A DNA stretch of 63,738 nt, filler included. It is 21 parts of 21 records of this genome, joined end to end, with 100 filler letters (N's around TTAATTAATTAA, not from the genome) between each part and the next. Parts side by side here need not be neighbours in the genome. Positions count along the whole stretch, not along the records: positions 35,318 to 38,143 come from SRR36015646_23969; positions 38,244 to 40,481 come from SRR36015646_24137; positions 40,582 to 42,672 come from SRR36015646_24228; positions 42,773 to 45,286 come from SRR36015646_24643; positions 45,387 to 48,026 come from SRR36015646_24698; 16 more parts are not named here. The stretch is one strand, 5' to 3'. A model generated the notes under the pieces. That model saw nothing but the letters and a program-made list of their open reading frames with translations, searched no databases and had not been told where the DNA came from. The translations under genes were made by a program, and so were the position numbers. Positions 36,390 through 47,329 of this stretch are shown piece by piece. How positions within the stretch are numbered: position 1 is the first letter of the stretch; each line of letters begins with the position of its first letter.

Positions 36390-37829
36390 TTATCTCCAAT
36401 TTCGCGCAATTTTGTTGAGAATATGTTGAGAACGCTTTTTGGCAATGTGGTCAGACACTCTGCAGTATTTAACACTGTCAGAAGTGTCATGTGATTCTGC
36501 AATTAAGTTTTGTAGCTCTAGATTTAGTCTTGTAGCCTCAGTCTCGCAAAATGATTTCACAATTGTCATGTCTTCCTTATAATGACGTATCTTTAAGGCT
36601 CTAAATTCGCTGATAAATGTATCAAATTTTGATGTTTTTGGTATGCTCAAAGAAATCTTTGGCATGAAGAAACTTTTTCCATTTTGGAGGAAAAGATTAG
36701 CGTTGGAAGCACAATTTGACAGTTGAATTTTTTTCTGTTTTAATTTTGTAATGTCTAGCAAAAGTTTCGAATTAGAGCACAAATCTTCAGGTCTAATTTT
36801 GTTATTATTATTTGAATTTGTTTTGTTAGTTCTTAGAGACGCCATTTTGTGGCCGTTTTTTCTGTTGATGTTTTGATCAAAAATGTCTCTGTTTAGATTT
36901 TTTGATGTTAGAAATGTTTTTCTTGTTTCAGTTTTTGGAGGAGATAGTGATATAGATTCAGGACTTGCCTGAAAATGTTGATAGCTAGTGATTACCGGGG
37001 ATAAAGGTATATTATGAGAAGGTGATGGCACTTCAGGTGGTGTCATGTTTTCATTTTCAGTGTTTGAAATTTGATCAGCTGTCGTATCAAGACTAGAGCT
37101 GTTTAAGTCTATCCCTAGTTTTTTGATAATGGCATTAACTGGGCCCATTATTTCGGCTACTAAAAGTAGAGCCTGGGCATTATGTGTTTCAAGTTCTACA
37201 ATATTGTCATTGACAGCATCTATTTCTGCACTGTCATAGAGATCTGAATTTGAGGCTGATTTTTCTCTGATGAAATCAGAGGTTATGAACTCTGCTGTTT
37301 CTGAGAGTTGGTTGTAATGGTTTGTTAATCTAGTAGACCTTTCAATGGATTTGGCTAAAACTTCGAATGGGTCGACAGACTCATTTTGTGAGTCAGTGGA
37401 CTTTTTGAATGAGACTTTTTTTGTTGTTGAGGCTGGTTTTTTTGCTTTTCTGGAATTTGGAGATAATTTGTTTGGTGTTGAGGAAAGTTGAGAGGAAAAA
37501 TGAGAGCTCATCTGGTTGCTGCGCCTTCTGCTGTCTTTGCGTTGTGGTAATTGAACTAAGTTAGGAAAATCTTCAGTGCTTGAAATGTCAGGCGAACTGT
37601 CGGTGTCTTTACTGACCCGAATTTTGTCTAATCTGGATAGTTCTAGACTGTCTTTTGTGAGATAGTTCAGTGAGCGATTAGCAACTTTCTCTTTTTTGTG
37701 AGAGTTGACTGATTTGAAGATGGTGAAACCATCTTCTTCTGTTTGTATTGAGTCTGGAATCAAAGTTGAAATAGCACCTGGGCTCGCTTTTGGCGAGGTA
37801 GCCTGGGCATATGTTTTCTGAGAAGACAT
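36390..37829 (-). CDS. Unknown protein ORF-A, copy 2 (479 aa, apparently complete)
   Basis: CSNSKLLLDITKLKQKKI...NGKSFFMPKISLSIPKTSKF...DTSDSVKYCRVS aligns with CSNSNHLRHMTGLKSKKI...NGFQFTMPKMALNIPKTSSF...DISDSEKYERIS of ORF 4064-5380. Confidence 0.8.
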   Translation of the reverse strand: MSSQKTYAQATSPKASPGAISTLIPDSIQTEEDGFTIFKSVNSHKKEKVANRSLNYLTKDSLELSRLDKIRVSKDTDSSPDISSTEDFPNLVQLPQRKDSRRRSNQMSSHFSSQLSSTPNKLSPNSRKAKKPASTTKKVSFKKSTDSQNESVDPFEVLAKSIERSTRLTNHYNQLSETAEFITSDFIREKSASNSDLYDSAEIDAVNDNIVELETHNAQALLLVAEIMGPVNAIIKKLGIDLNSSSLDTTADQISNTENENMTPPEVPSPSHNIPLSPVITSYQHFQASPESISLSPPKTETRKTFLTSKNLNRDIFDQNINRKNGHKMASLRTNKTNSNNNNKIRPEDLCSNSKLLLDITKLKQKKIQLSNCASNANLFLQNGKSFFMPKISLSIPKTSKFDTFISEFRALKIRHYKEDMTIVKSFCETEATRLNLELQNLIAESHDTSDSVKYCRVSDHIAKKRSQHILNKIARNWR

Positions 37830-38243
37830 TTTTCAGAAGTTTTTAAACACAGTACCTGATATGAGCTTTTTTTGAATGTTTTTTTTGAAATTTAATTTAG
37901 TTTTGAACACAAATGATTTTGAATGGAGAGATAAAATGCAAGATTTTGGAGTCAAACAATATATATATAACAAATATGTTTTAAGTATACAAATGAGATA
38001 ATTTTTGAGATAAATGTGAGTAAAAATAAATAATAATAAATCAAAGTTTATTCCTTACCGGTACGACTTTTGAGTCTTCAAGCGGAAATATGATTTATTT
38101 GTAGAAAAACTTGGGTTTAAATACTGTTTTGGAAAAGTGACTGNNNNNNNNNNNNNNNNNNNNNNNNNNNNNNNNNNNNNNNNNNNNTTAATTAATTAAN
38201 NNNNNNNNNNNNNNNNNNNNNNNNNNNNNNNNNNNNNNNNNNN

Positions 38244-38469
38244 AGGAAGTGCGCATGCGCGCAAGTACAAGTTGCCAAAATCTACCCTGTCTATTATTTT
38301 AATTATAGAGGTGTTTTATCAATAAATACCTGCAACCGAGTTAATGCATACGTAAGATAAGTACTTCAAGCAGGATGTGGATCTATCAGTATAGCCTAAC
38401 TACCACAAGTTAGCTGATAATCTCATGTAAACGACGAGTCGTACACAAAGTGATCGCAAAATGGCCGCC
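38244..38469 (+). promoter_or_regulatory. Putative promoter motifs (ETS-, NRF1- and YY1-like) upstream of the LINE ORF1
   Basis: GGAAGTGCGCATGCGC at 38245-38260; CAAAATGGCCGCC at 38457-38469. Motif matches only. Confidence 0.4.
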
Positions 38470-38932
38470 ACACAACACGTAGACATGGTCATGACATGCA
38501 ATTCTTGTCAACCTACCTTGATAGTCGAGTTGGATCCACCTGGTAACACAGTACGCCTATTGTTGCAATAAATTGGTTCGGTGTGCATGATATCGACGTG
38601 TTTTGACATTTTAGGCCATTTTTGGGAAATTTGCAAAAACTCATGAAGAAACGAGTGACCTTGAAAATACACTTGGTGAAAAACTGGCACGTAGTACACA
38701 CATATAGCGCCTAACTTGTATCACTCGGATACAGATGACCAAGCTGTTTTGCATACGCAACCGCACAGTACATGCAATCGTTCCACTGATATAGACTGCA
38801 AGTCGTGATCTATAGTATGCAAATACGTGTCGTTCAATTGACAACTTGATCTGGAACTGTCAGCTGGAAATGACGTGTAGTCAGAATTAAATCCAGGTGG
38901 GCCTATCGAAATACGTAAACTTTTGCCTTGAA

Positions 38933-39838
38933 ATGGAAGCCTCACTATCAACCAAGAGGCCTCTAAGTGAGGAAAGTGCGATGGCCGGGGCAGCAGATGG
39001 CAAACTTCAGAAAACGGATATGCCAAACGAATCCGATTCTGACCCTGAATCTGTTTTTGTGGAAGCAGGGACCGAAGGAGGCATCAGTGACTCGGAGCTT
39101 ATTTTGGCCGTTACTGAAGCACTCAAACGACCGGAAGTGCTCTCTACGCTCGCTCCACTGATTGCTGACTGCCTAAGAAAGACCATTCGTCTGGAATGTG
39201 CGAAGGCAGCCGAAAAGTCGCTGAACAATGTAAAGCAAAAATATGACGTGCAGCTGAAACGCAAGGATGAGGAAATAAACTCCCTCACGGCTCGCCTCAA
39301 CAAGGTAGAGGAGGACGTGGACGCTCTGGAGCAGTACGGCAGGCGATGGAGTGTACGTTGGTGGAACTGCCCCGAATCGGCAAATGAAAACACCGACGAT
39401 ATCGTACTGAAGGCGTGCCGTGAAAAGCTGGATCTGGACCTGAGCCTATCTGACATCCAGAGAAGCCACAGGGTAGGCAGACCTCCGGAAGGTCCCAAAG
39501 CACGTCCAAGGGCCATCATCTGCAGGTTCTCATCCTACCGGACTCGAGCTATGGTTTTGGGCGCCAAGAGAAAGCTACACGACGAGCCAAACCGGGAACG
39601 CACACGAAACCCTCCGGTGTCCATCTCAGAGGACCTGACAAAGCGACGAGCAGCCATACTAACCAAGGCACGGGAGGAGTTGAAACTGGAAAAAATCCAG
39701 TCTGCCTGGTCCCGGGATGGCAGATTATTCATTCGTGATAACACTGGCAAACGTCTCTTAATAAAACGTATGGACGATCTCCTTGCAGCCATAGGTCAGC
39801 GCCCGACGGCCGACGATACCACTGTGTCCACTGCCTAG
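38933..39838 (+). CDS. LINE ORF1p (coiled coil + RRM + CTD; L1 transposase-22-like, as in CR1/L2-group elements)
   Basis: LEQYGRR.SVR...PES..ENTD, DIQRSHRVG, RAIICRFSSYRTR, ISEDLTKRR, AWSRDGRLFIR. First ATG at 38933. Confidence 0.88.
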   Translation: MEASLSTKRPLSEESAMAGAADGKLQKTDMPNESDSDPESVFVEAGTEGGISDSELILAVTEALKRPEVLSTLAPLIADCLRKTIRLECAKAAEKSLNNVKQKYDVQLKRKDEEINSLTARLNKVEEDVDALEQYGRRWSVRWWNCPESANENTDDIVLKACREKLDLDLSLSDIQRSHRVGRPPEGPKARPRAIICRFSSYRTRAMVLGAKRKLHDEPNRERTRNPPVSISEDLTKRRAAILTKAREELKLEKIQSAWSRDGRLFIRDNTGKRLLIKRMDDLLAAIGQRPTADDTTVSTA

Positions 39839-40904
39839 ATGGCCACAGCTAGTACTATACATCTTCCGCCACTCAGTGAAGGCCCAATGAAGGTCAAGAT
39901 CATCGTTCAACATAATTGGGACAATTAGCTTGGGTCTATCTTGGCGGACGAAGGAAGAAATGCCCAATTTATAGCCCTCCAATATCAAATATGTACATAG
40001 GCCTAGTGTCAAATATTTACAAATTACAACAAACTTTAGTCAAAGAAAGTTATGCATTGGAAGTATCTTGGTGCATTTACATAGCTAATTTCGATGTTCC
40101 GTGTGTGTTTTGCTCATGCTCCTTGGTCTATGCCAGTGTCAGAACTTTTGGCTTTTTATATGAAAATAAACCATTATCTACAATAAATACCGTACTGAAA
40201 ATGTTACAGTATTCTGCGCAGGCAAGTTTGAAAAAAAAAACAATTTGCAATTACCATCAGCACCACGAAGGCTGCATATGATTTCTAAAAGATATCTACT
40301 GCTGAAAAAATAATCAACTTGCAGATTCTTAAATTTAACATGATACATGGCCACTGGTATAGATTGTTAAATATTGCCAGGAAAATTGAATGCATACCGG
40401 TATCTCTTATAACTCTTGTATATATCGGGTGGCGCAGAAATTCCCGGTATTGATTTGACAGGGTTATACTATTTGCTTTTTNNNNNNNNNNNNNNNNNNN
40501 NNNNNNNNNNNNNNNNNNNNNNNNNTTAATTAATTAANNNNNNNNNNNNNNNNNNNNNNNNNNNNNNNNNNNNNNNNNNNNAACAAATTATGTAGTAATA
40601 GCATGAACGAACGATAGCACGTGCAAAATATCCGAATGCTTATCCATGTTACTCTCCACCCCTGTTAAGGATAGGGTGCTTTTTAAAATCTGGCCGGCAT
40701 GCTAGTCTAGGCCGACTATTTATAAGTTCGCGAGTCACTCAATACACAGTACAGTCACGTTACGTGGTACAGTGTATACATGAGTACATCGGCCTATATA
40801 ATATTTTAGTTGCCAATTGGATAGCTTAAAAGCAACTTGTTGTGTGTGGTCCGTCGGATTCGGGCGTCTTGAAACGATATTAGGATAAAATTGTGAGGTG
40901 GTTA

Positions 40905-41226
40905 CACTCTTTTTTGATAAGGACACTAGTCTTAAATCTTGAAAAACATGAGGGTCAGTTTAAGAACAATTTTCGGCTGGGAAAGTGTTGAAAAACTCTC
41001 CTCTATGCGTATAAAGACTATGGCTACATAATATAGACCTATACTAACTAAAAACTTAGAAACTATAGGTCAGTTACTATAGGCTATAATATTTTAAACT
41101 ATAGTTAGTGCAGAGAAAAATACACGTTTTAAAGAACACGCTTCATAAAAACACATAGATGAAATCTTGAAAAATTTAAGAACATTTTGGGGATCAAATT
41201 TTTACTTGTTCTTATAAAAACGAGTG
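40905..41226. mobile_element. Non-autonomous TIR element (MITE) with TA target duplication
   Basis: TA|CACTCTTTTTTGATAAGGAC ... GTTCTTATAAAAACGAGTG|TA. Imperfect TIRs of about 19 bp; internal repeats ATCTTGAAAAA...TTTAAGAACA. Confidence 0.7.
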
Positions 41227-41293
41227 TACGTGTGTATGACTTTGTGATATTTGTTTGTAGGTAACCTCAAGCCAATGGATTAAAAAAGTAGAA

Positions 41294-42672
41294 ATGCCTT
41301 TCAAATGCTGTGTTCCCGGCTGTAAAGTTAATTATGACAGTCAGATAAAAAATCAAAACAAACTTATAACATTGCATTCTTTTCCTGATGAAAACAAAAA
41401 TCCGACATTGTACAATAAGTGGCTCAGAAAAATTCCAAGGGACTGTTGGAAGCCCACACAAAATCATAAAGTTTGCAGTGTTCATTTTGTGGATCAAGAC
41501 TTCATTTCAGAATCGACAGATAAAACTAACAGAATAAAAGATAAACAACTTTGGCGCCGTCGTTTGCAGCCTGATGCTGTGCCATCACAGTTCCCAACAT
41601 TGCCAAAATACTTGTCAGACGAATCAAAAACTAGAAAACGTTCCATACCATCAGTTACTTCGGAGGCACGATTACAAAAGCAACAGAAAAAACTTGGTGA
41701 ACAAGAAACGTTATATTTTGCTTGTGATGCTGTGGACAGTTTAACTAGTTTGAAGGAAAAAGTGTCATCACTGAGATTATTTGATTTCTTCACATGCAAA
41801 GCAGAAGAAGATAGAATTTTCTTTTATGCACTTTCTGAGGACTTGCAAAGTGTGCTATGCACTCTCGTGATACAAAATACTTTGAGTTATACCGCACACG
41901 TGAAAGGAATTCTAGTCACAAATGATTTGTTAGGCTTTGGCCATACAGTAACCTCAGTTACGCAAGTAGAAAATCTGCTGGCTCGACTGAAACATATTAC
42001 AGAGTCAGGACAAATAACTACGACAAATTACTTGCAACAATCTATTTCTTGCCTTGAAGAAATGATCACTCATATGAATACAGACGATCAAATAAACAAA
42101 AGACTTCTTAGCTTTATCTTGGAGCAACTCAGATTATCAACTGTGAACAAACATGCTAGAACATACAGTTCTGAGTTGCTAACGACAGCCTTTATATGGC
42201 AAATGTTATCACCAAACCTGTACGAGGAATTACGTGACTTATTAGTATTACCATCTGCTCGTCTGCTAAAAAATTACTCTACAGTTGTGAATGTTTCGGA
42301 AGGCACGGATAGGTCTGTTGTTGACTACCTGCAAAAACGCACAGAAAATCTAAATGTTTACGAAAGAGTTGTACTATTGTTATTGGATGAAATATATGTT
42401 GCTAAAAAGTTGGAATATTCTGGTGGAAAGGTGTATGGCGTTGCTAATGATACCGACGTGGAGCCTGCAAAAACTGTGCTAGCTTTCTTTGTGCAATCAT
42501 TAGCAGGACAATATAAGGACACAGTCGCTCTATATCCAACGGTAACACTCACAAAGGAAATACTTAAACAACGAGTCTCTGATGTTTTGCGATTATTATG
42601 TTGTAATCCGTCCATCAACTTAGACGTAGTAGGCCAATGTTTAGACAATCATCCTGTAAATCGAGCTTATTT
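41294..42672 (+). mobile_element. P-element-superfamily transposase with N-terminal THAP domain, 3'-truncated
   Basis: THAP: MPFKCCVPGC...HSFP...W...VCSVHF...L.PDAVP. Core: LVLPSARLL, LLLDEIYV, KTVLAFFVQSL, LDNHPVN. Confidence 0.92.
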
Positions 42673-42772
42673 NNNNNNNNNNNNNNNNNNNNNNNNNNNN
42701 NNNNNNNNNNNNNNNNTTAATTAATTAANNNNNNNNNNNNNNNNNNNNNNNNNNNNNNNNNNNNNNNNNNNN

Positions 42773-45143
42773 TTGCAACTTCATGAGCTGGTTTTGTGGC
42801 AGAGGTGCATTGATCCATAATTTCCGGTTCTAACGAAATAATCGGCATAATTTCCGCTACTTGGTCGGTAAAAACTTGTTGATACTCCAGCATCTCTGCA
42901 TCATAGCAGTCGCAATTTGCCGAACAAAAGCATGACAGGTCTCTGTACTTCAGAGTGCCAGATTCTGCTGCTAGTATCTGGTGTACATTCATGACACGTT
43001 TTATGCTTGGCAGTGGCCGGTTTAGCTTAGCCGTACACTCAGTGATCTTATTGACATCCAATGGGTTTATGTTGAATATTTCCAGATTCAAGGAGGCAGA
43101 TAAAGAAACCAAATCCTGTGCGCAGGTTATGTCGTGTCCGGTTGCAACCAATCGGTCTGCTTTGCTTTTGAGTGTCGCTCCGATTCCGTCAGCGGGACCT
43201 TTTCCATGTCCCGCCTCCAAAAAGTTCCAGGATGCCGCTTTAAAGCCGTAGCGAAAAGTAAGGACTGCCAGTAGCAGAAAGTTTAGCCTATTTCTATACT
43301 GGGTAACCGGCCCATCGCTCACAAAGTGGATGACAACAACATCATGAGCCCGTATATCCTTTAAGACCGGCTCCAAGTGTGCCCAAATAGCGCAGGGGTT
43401 GTGCAACATGCTGTCACTAACTGTGGCATAGCATTTAACTTCATTGTTGGCGAATGTCGCATGTGCTGTGTGGATGCTCATTTGGTTGCGGCTGGCTCCA
43501 TAGTGCATCGCTTGAATTTCTTGGCTATACTTTGCTCCATAATTTTCGCTAAAGTCAACCTGTAATACGACACTATCTGATTTTAAGTTTAGCTTCAGCT
43601 TTTTGATGGCGTCAAATTGATGGTATATGCGGTACTCGTGTGCTAATACGTTTCTGAAGTCGGCTTCGAAAAGCTTGCACAAATCCGCGACACTCAGGCT
43701 TTTACTGTCTTTCTTTGCTATTGTGACAACAATGTTCTTGTTTGTTTTTATGCTTGTTCTGTTCTCTTTCACAGTGACCCATTCGTTTACTTGAATTTGG
43801 GCATTGGACATCTTATCTACAACTTGTTGATTAATCAGTGTAACAGTAGGCTCGTCACACTGGCTGCATTCTTGATACATGCATTCTTTGTTTTTGATGT
43901 TGCAGACAGCCATCTTTTGCAACTGGTGCAAATCCTTGTGTGCCAGAACCTTTTCTGAATGGAGCTTGTCCACCTTGAATTGTAGGTTAGCATGTTTCTT
44001 ACACATGACAGTTTCCCGTTTATCACAAGATGGCGGCACAACCCAGAATGGCCGTAGACGAGCAAACATGGCATAGCTGATATGTATCCCGTCATTCTCT
44101 GACTTAAACCAACCATACAGGTTAACCATTGTGTTTGTAAGATATCTCTTTTGCTTTTTGACCTTTCCTCTAGTGATGGTATCATTCTTCGAGGCCGATG
44201 GTGATGAAACCATATCATCATTGTAGAAGTCCACAGCTTGCTGCTTCATGAATGTAAAGTCATCCTTTTTCCTAAAACGCTCGTACTCCAGAAATTCCAC
44301 TGGGTCAATCCGTGTTCTCAGTCTGACTTGCTGTGCTGTGATACTTTCCTCATGCATGACTCTGTATTTCTTTAATATCTTTCCTGACGTTGCTTTTCTG
44401 AAAGCCTGCTTCTCTCTTTGTGTTTTAAGAGTGTGCTTGTTTTGCTTGAGTTGGGATGCTATAGCAAATGCGTACGTCAGCTTCTTCTTTAATGTCTGCG
44501 TTGTACCATGCTTCAGTAGTTTAGCAGCACTAGATGATGGTGTTGTAGGGCTAGACATTCCCATGTGACTGCGTTCGGTGTTGCTGGAACCCGTTTTGGA
44601 GGTTGATGATCGCTGTTTGCTCCTTTGTAGTGTTTTGATCTTTCGTTTGGATTCGTTCAGTTCCTCCAATAACTTTGCATTCTCATCCTGTAACGTGATG
44701 ATTTTTCTGCTTGCACGTCTGTCCTGCCTCTTCACTAGTTTTCGGCCAACAGTTTTCTGCTTGGTGCTAGTGCTATGTACATTAACTCTGTTTTCTTCAA
44801 TGCTCTGCTCTTCGGTATGTACAGTGTCATGTTCTTCATTGTTGTCAGAGTCAACATTATGAGCCGTGTCACTCTCGGTGGATGCAGCTGATGCTTCAGC
44901 AGCTTTTTTCTGTCTTCGCTGGTTTGCTTACTTTGTGCGCCTTTTTCTACGTAGGTTTCTTTGTTCACATGGGGTCTTGTCTTTGGTACTCTTTACAACT
45001 CCTCTTTTCTTCTTGTCTTTATTTCTGGCCCTTTCACTCTTCTTGTACACATCATGTTTCTGTGGATTGCTGCGGATTTTCTGACGATATGCCCGCATGT
45101 ATTCTGCTAATTTCTTCTTTTTCTCTTACTTTGTGCCAGGCAT
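42773..45143 (-). mobile_element. Sola2-like DDD transposase, 3'-truncated, with two in-frame TAA codons in the N-terminal part
   Basis: QVDFSENY...EIQAMHY, FVSDGPVTQYRN, WNFLEAGHGKGPADGIGATLK, RDLSCFC. The frame continues upstream of track ORF start 44735 to an ATG at 45143, with TAA at 44930-44928 and 45128-45126. Confidence 0.75.
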
Positions 45144-45394
45144 TATATCTAAAAATAGAATAAATGAAAATGCTTAGGCTGGATGCGTATCATAAATTAA
45201 AATATCTTAATGAGTTCGTACCTGGAAACTTATCAAAAATTCAGTCTCTACTCGCAGCCAATCAAATGCTTTGTTACTTGTGTGACNNNNNNNNNNNNNN
45301 NNNNNNNNNNNNNNNNNNNNNNNNNNNNNNTTAATTAATTAANNNNNNNNNNNNNNNNNNNNNNNNNNNNNNNNNNNNNNNNNNNNATTTCAAC

Positions 45395-47329
45395 ATGACT
45401 AAGTCTCAAAAAAGAAAACGTAAAAAACCTAGTAAATCTGTAATCAGTACCAAACTGAAAACTCAGTTACGTAAGAAAAAGGATATCAAGTTAGACGAGA
45501 GCTCAAATACCTCTACATCAGAACCGGATTGTAAAAAAATGTGCTCTCAACCGCTATCAGATTCAGACAATTCAGAATCGGATAATGACTATGAATGTGA
45601 AAACATACATGTAAGTGCGAATGCGGCCCTAAACACTAACGAGGAGCGTACTTCCACACCAGAACCGGATGCTGAACATACTAATACTAGCACGCCGGCT
45701 GGAATTGTGCACGATGCGGCTAAGCAGCTGCCAGTATCAATAACGACGTCATCGAACACAGTTGAATCACAAATACAGTGTGCGCAACCTGTGATTGTTG
45801 AAGCTAACAACAGCCAGTCTACAGAGCTGTTAATATCTGCAACGACGCCATCGAGCACTGTTGAATCACAAATAACGTGTGCTCAACGTGTGTTTGTTGA
45901 AACCTACATCAACCAGACTGATGATATCGTCAACCACGGTAATAGTACACAACCTCAGAACGTTCTCAACGATCAGGATATTAATAACCAAACAGAGGTA
46001 ACACTAGTTAAAACACCTGAAACAATTGGCTTGGCAGAACTAAGCCGGCAGGTCAGCCACCTCGCTGAACAACTTAGTGAAATCATAAATATGCTGAGAC
46101 ACCAAGACAACAATAAAACCATTAGCAACATCAGCACAAAAATTGATATGATGGAGAACCAAATTTCCGGTTTCCTCAAGCAACAACCGTTGTTGGCCAA
46201 TTCTACTATTAATGCAGGGCAGGATGTTGCACATAATACGAGTCTCAGCAGCAAAACACTATTAGTGCCCAAACAAAATTTATTGTTCTGGAATGACAAC
46301 CAGAATAACCGCAAGCATGACTACTATAATTCTATGAAATACAGCGAGACAGCAAAAATATATAATGACTGGGTATCAAAACAAAATCCACCATTTCTGC
46401 CAAGGAAATTCCGTCCCAAGTTCATACAGGGGGAGCCTCTGATAGAGACAGACGTACGAGTAAAACTTGGGGTGGAGAAAATGAGAAGTGAGATATGCCT
46501 TCTCCAACATAAAGCAGAGAAGCATACAAATCTCTTCCTGAGCACAGACAAAAAAATGGATGAAGAGTTTGCAAAATGCCCAGAATCTTACGAACAACTG
46601 CAAACACTCTGGAAAACAGATGTAGCTAAGGAACAAGAAAAGTCACATGTTATATGGCTGAAACATGAGAAATGGCTGTTAAACTTGCCAAACAGCGACA
46701 CATCCGAAGAAGGACAGCACCCTTTGTTGAAATACCCAGCTAAAAGTAAGGAAGGAAATGAAGCGAAGGCTAAACCTCAACCAAGACTCAGACCCACACC
46801 TCAGCCCAAACTAAATTTGAAACCAAGTAAAACTGTTCCATACAGCCATACTTTGAGGAAAAAAAGAGCAGACATTTGCAAATATTTTGGTAAGACTGGG
46901 AGTTGCAAGTATGGTTCATCTTGCTTTTATCGTCATGTGCACATGCAACCGAACGATGTCCAAGATATTCAGATTCGCCATGATAAGGAACAGCAGTCAA
47001 ACACAGGACCAAATCGAATGTCGCTCAATGAGAAAAGCAAATGTTGGCACTTCGAGGAGACATCTACATGCCCTTTTGGTGACAAATGCCACTTTTCTCA
47101 TGTCACTAAACCAGCCCGCGGAAACGTTACATACGCTTCGATTGCCACAAATGGACAGTCACAGCATAACACTCACACATGGCAAACTGTGACATCACGG
47201 AATGCACGTACGCATGCCAACAATAGGCCCACCATGGTCACCAGTCCATCTTTTTTAGCGGAGGGCAGAACAAACCCGAGCCGACACAAAAGGGATTACA
47301 GTACCAAAAAAGTGCGTCACAGGAGATAG
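45395..47329 (+). CDS. ORF1 of a Penelope-like element: basic NLS-like start, coiled coil, helical domain, two CCCH zinc fingers
   Basis: CKYFGKTGSCKYGSSCFYRH and CWHFEETSTCPFGDKCHFSH (both C-x8-C-x5-C-x3-H). Overlaps the open RT frame at 47227-47329. Confidence 0.8.
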   Translation: MTKSQKRKRKKPSKSVISTKLKTQLRKKKDIKLDESSNTSTSEPDCKKMCSQPLSDSDNSESDNDYECENIHVSANAALNTNEERTSTPEPDAEHTNTSTPAGIVHDAAKQLPVSITTSSNTVESQIQCAQPVIVEANNSQSTELLISATTPSSTVESQITCAQRVFVETYINQTDDIVNHGNSTQPQNVLNDQDINNQTEVTLVKTPETIGLAELSRQVSHLAEQLSEIINMLRHQDNNKTISNISTKIDMMENQISGFLKQQPLLANSTINAGQDVAHNTSLSSKTLLVPKQNLLFWNDNQNNRKHDYYNSMKYSETAKIYNDWVSKQNPPFLPRKFRPKFIQGEPLIETDVRVKLGVEKMRSEICLLQHKAEKHTNLFLSTDKKMDEEFAKCPESYEQLQTLWKTDVAKEQEKSHVIWLKHEKWLLNLPNSDTSEEGQHPLLKYPAKSKEGNEAKAKPQPRLRPTPQPKLNLKPSKTVPYSHTLRKKRADICKYFGKTGSCKYGSSCFYRHVHMQPNDVQDIQIRHDKEQQSNTGPNRMSLNEKSKCWHFEETSTCPFGDKCHFSHVTKPARGNVTYASIATNGQSQHNTHTWQTVTSRNARTHANNRPTMVTSPSFLAEGRTNPSRHKRDYSTKKVRHRR

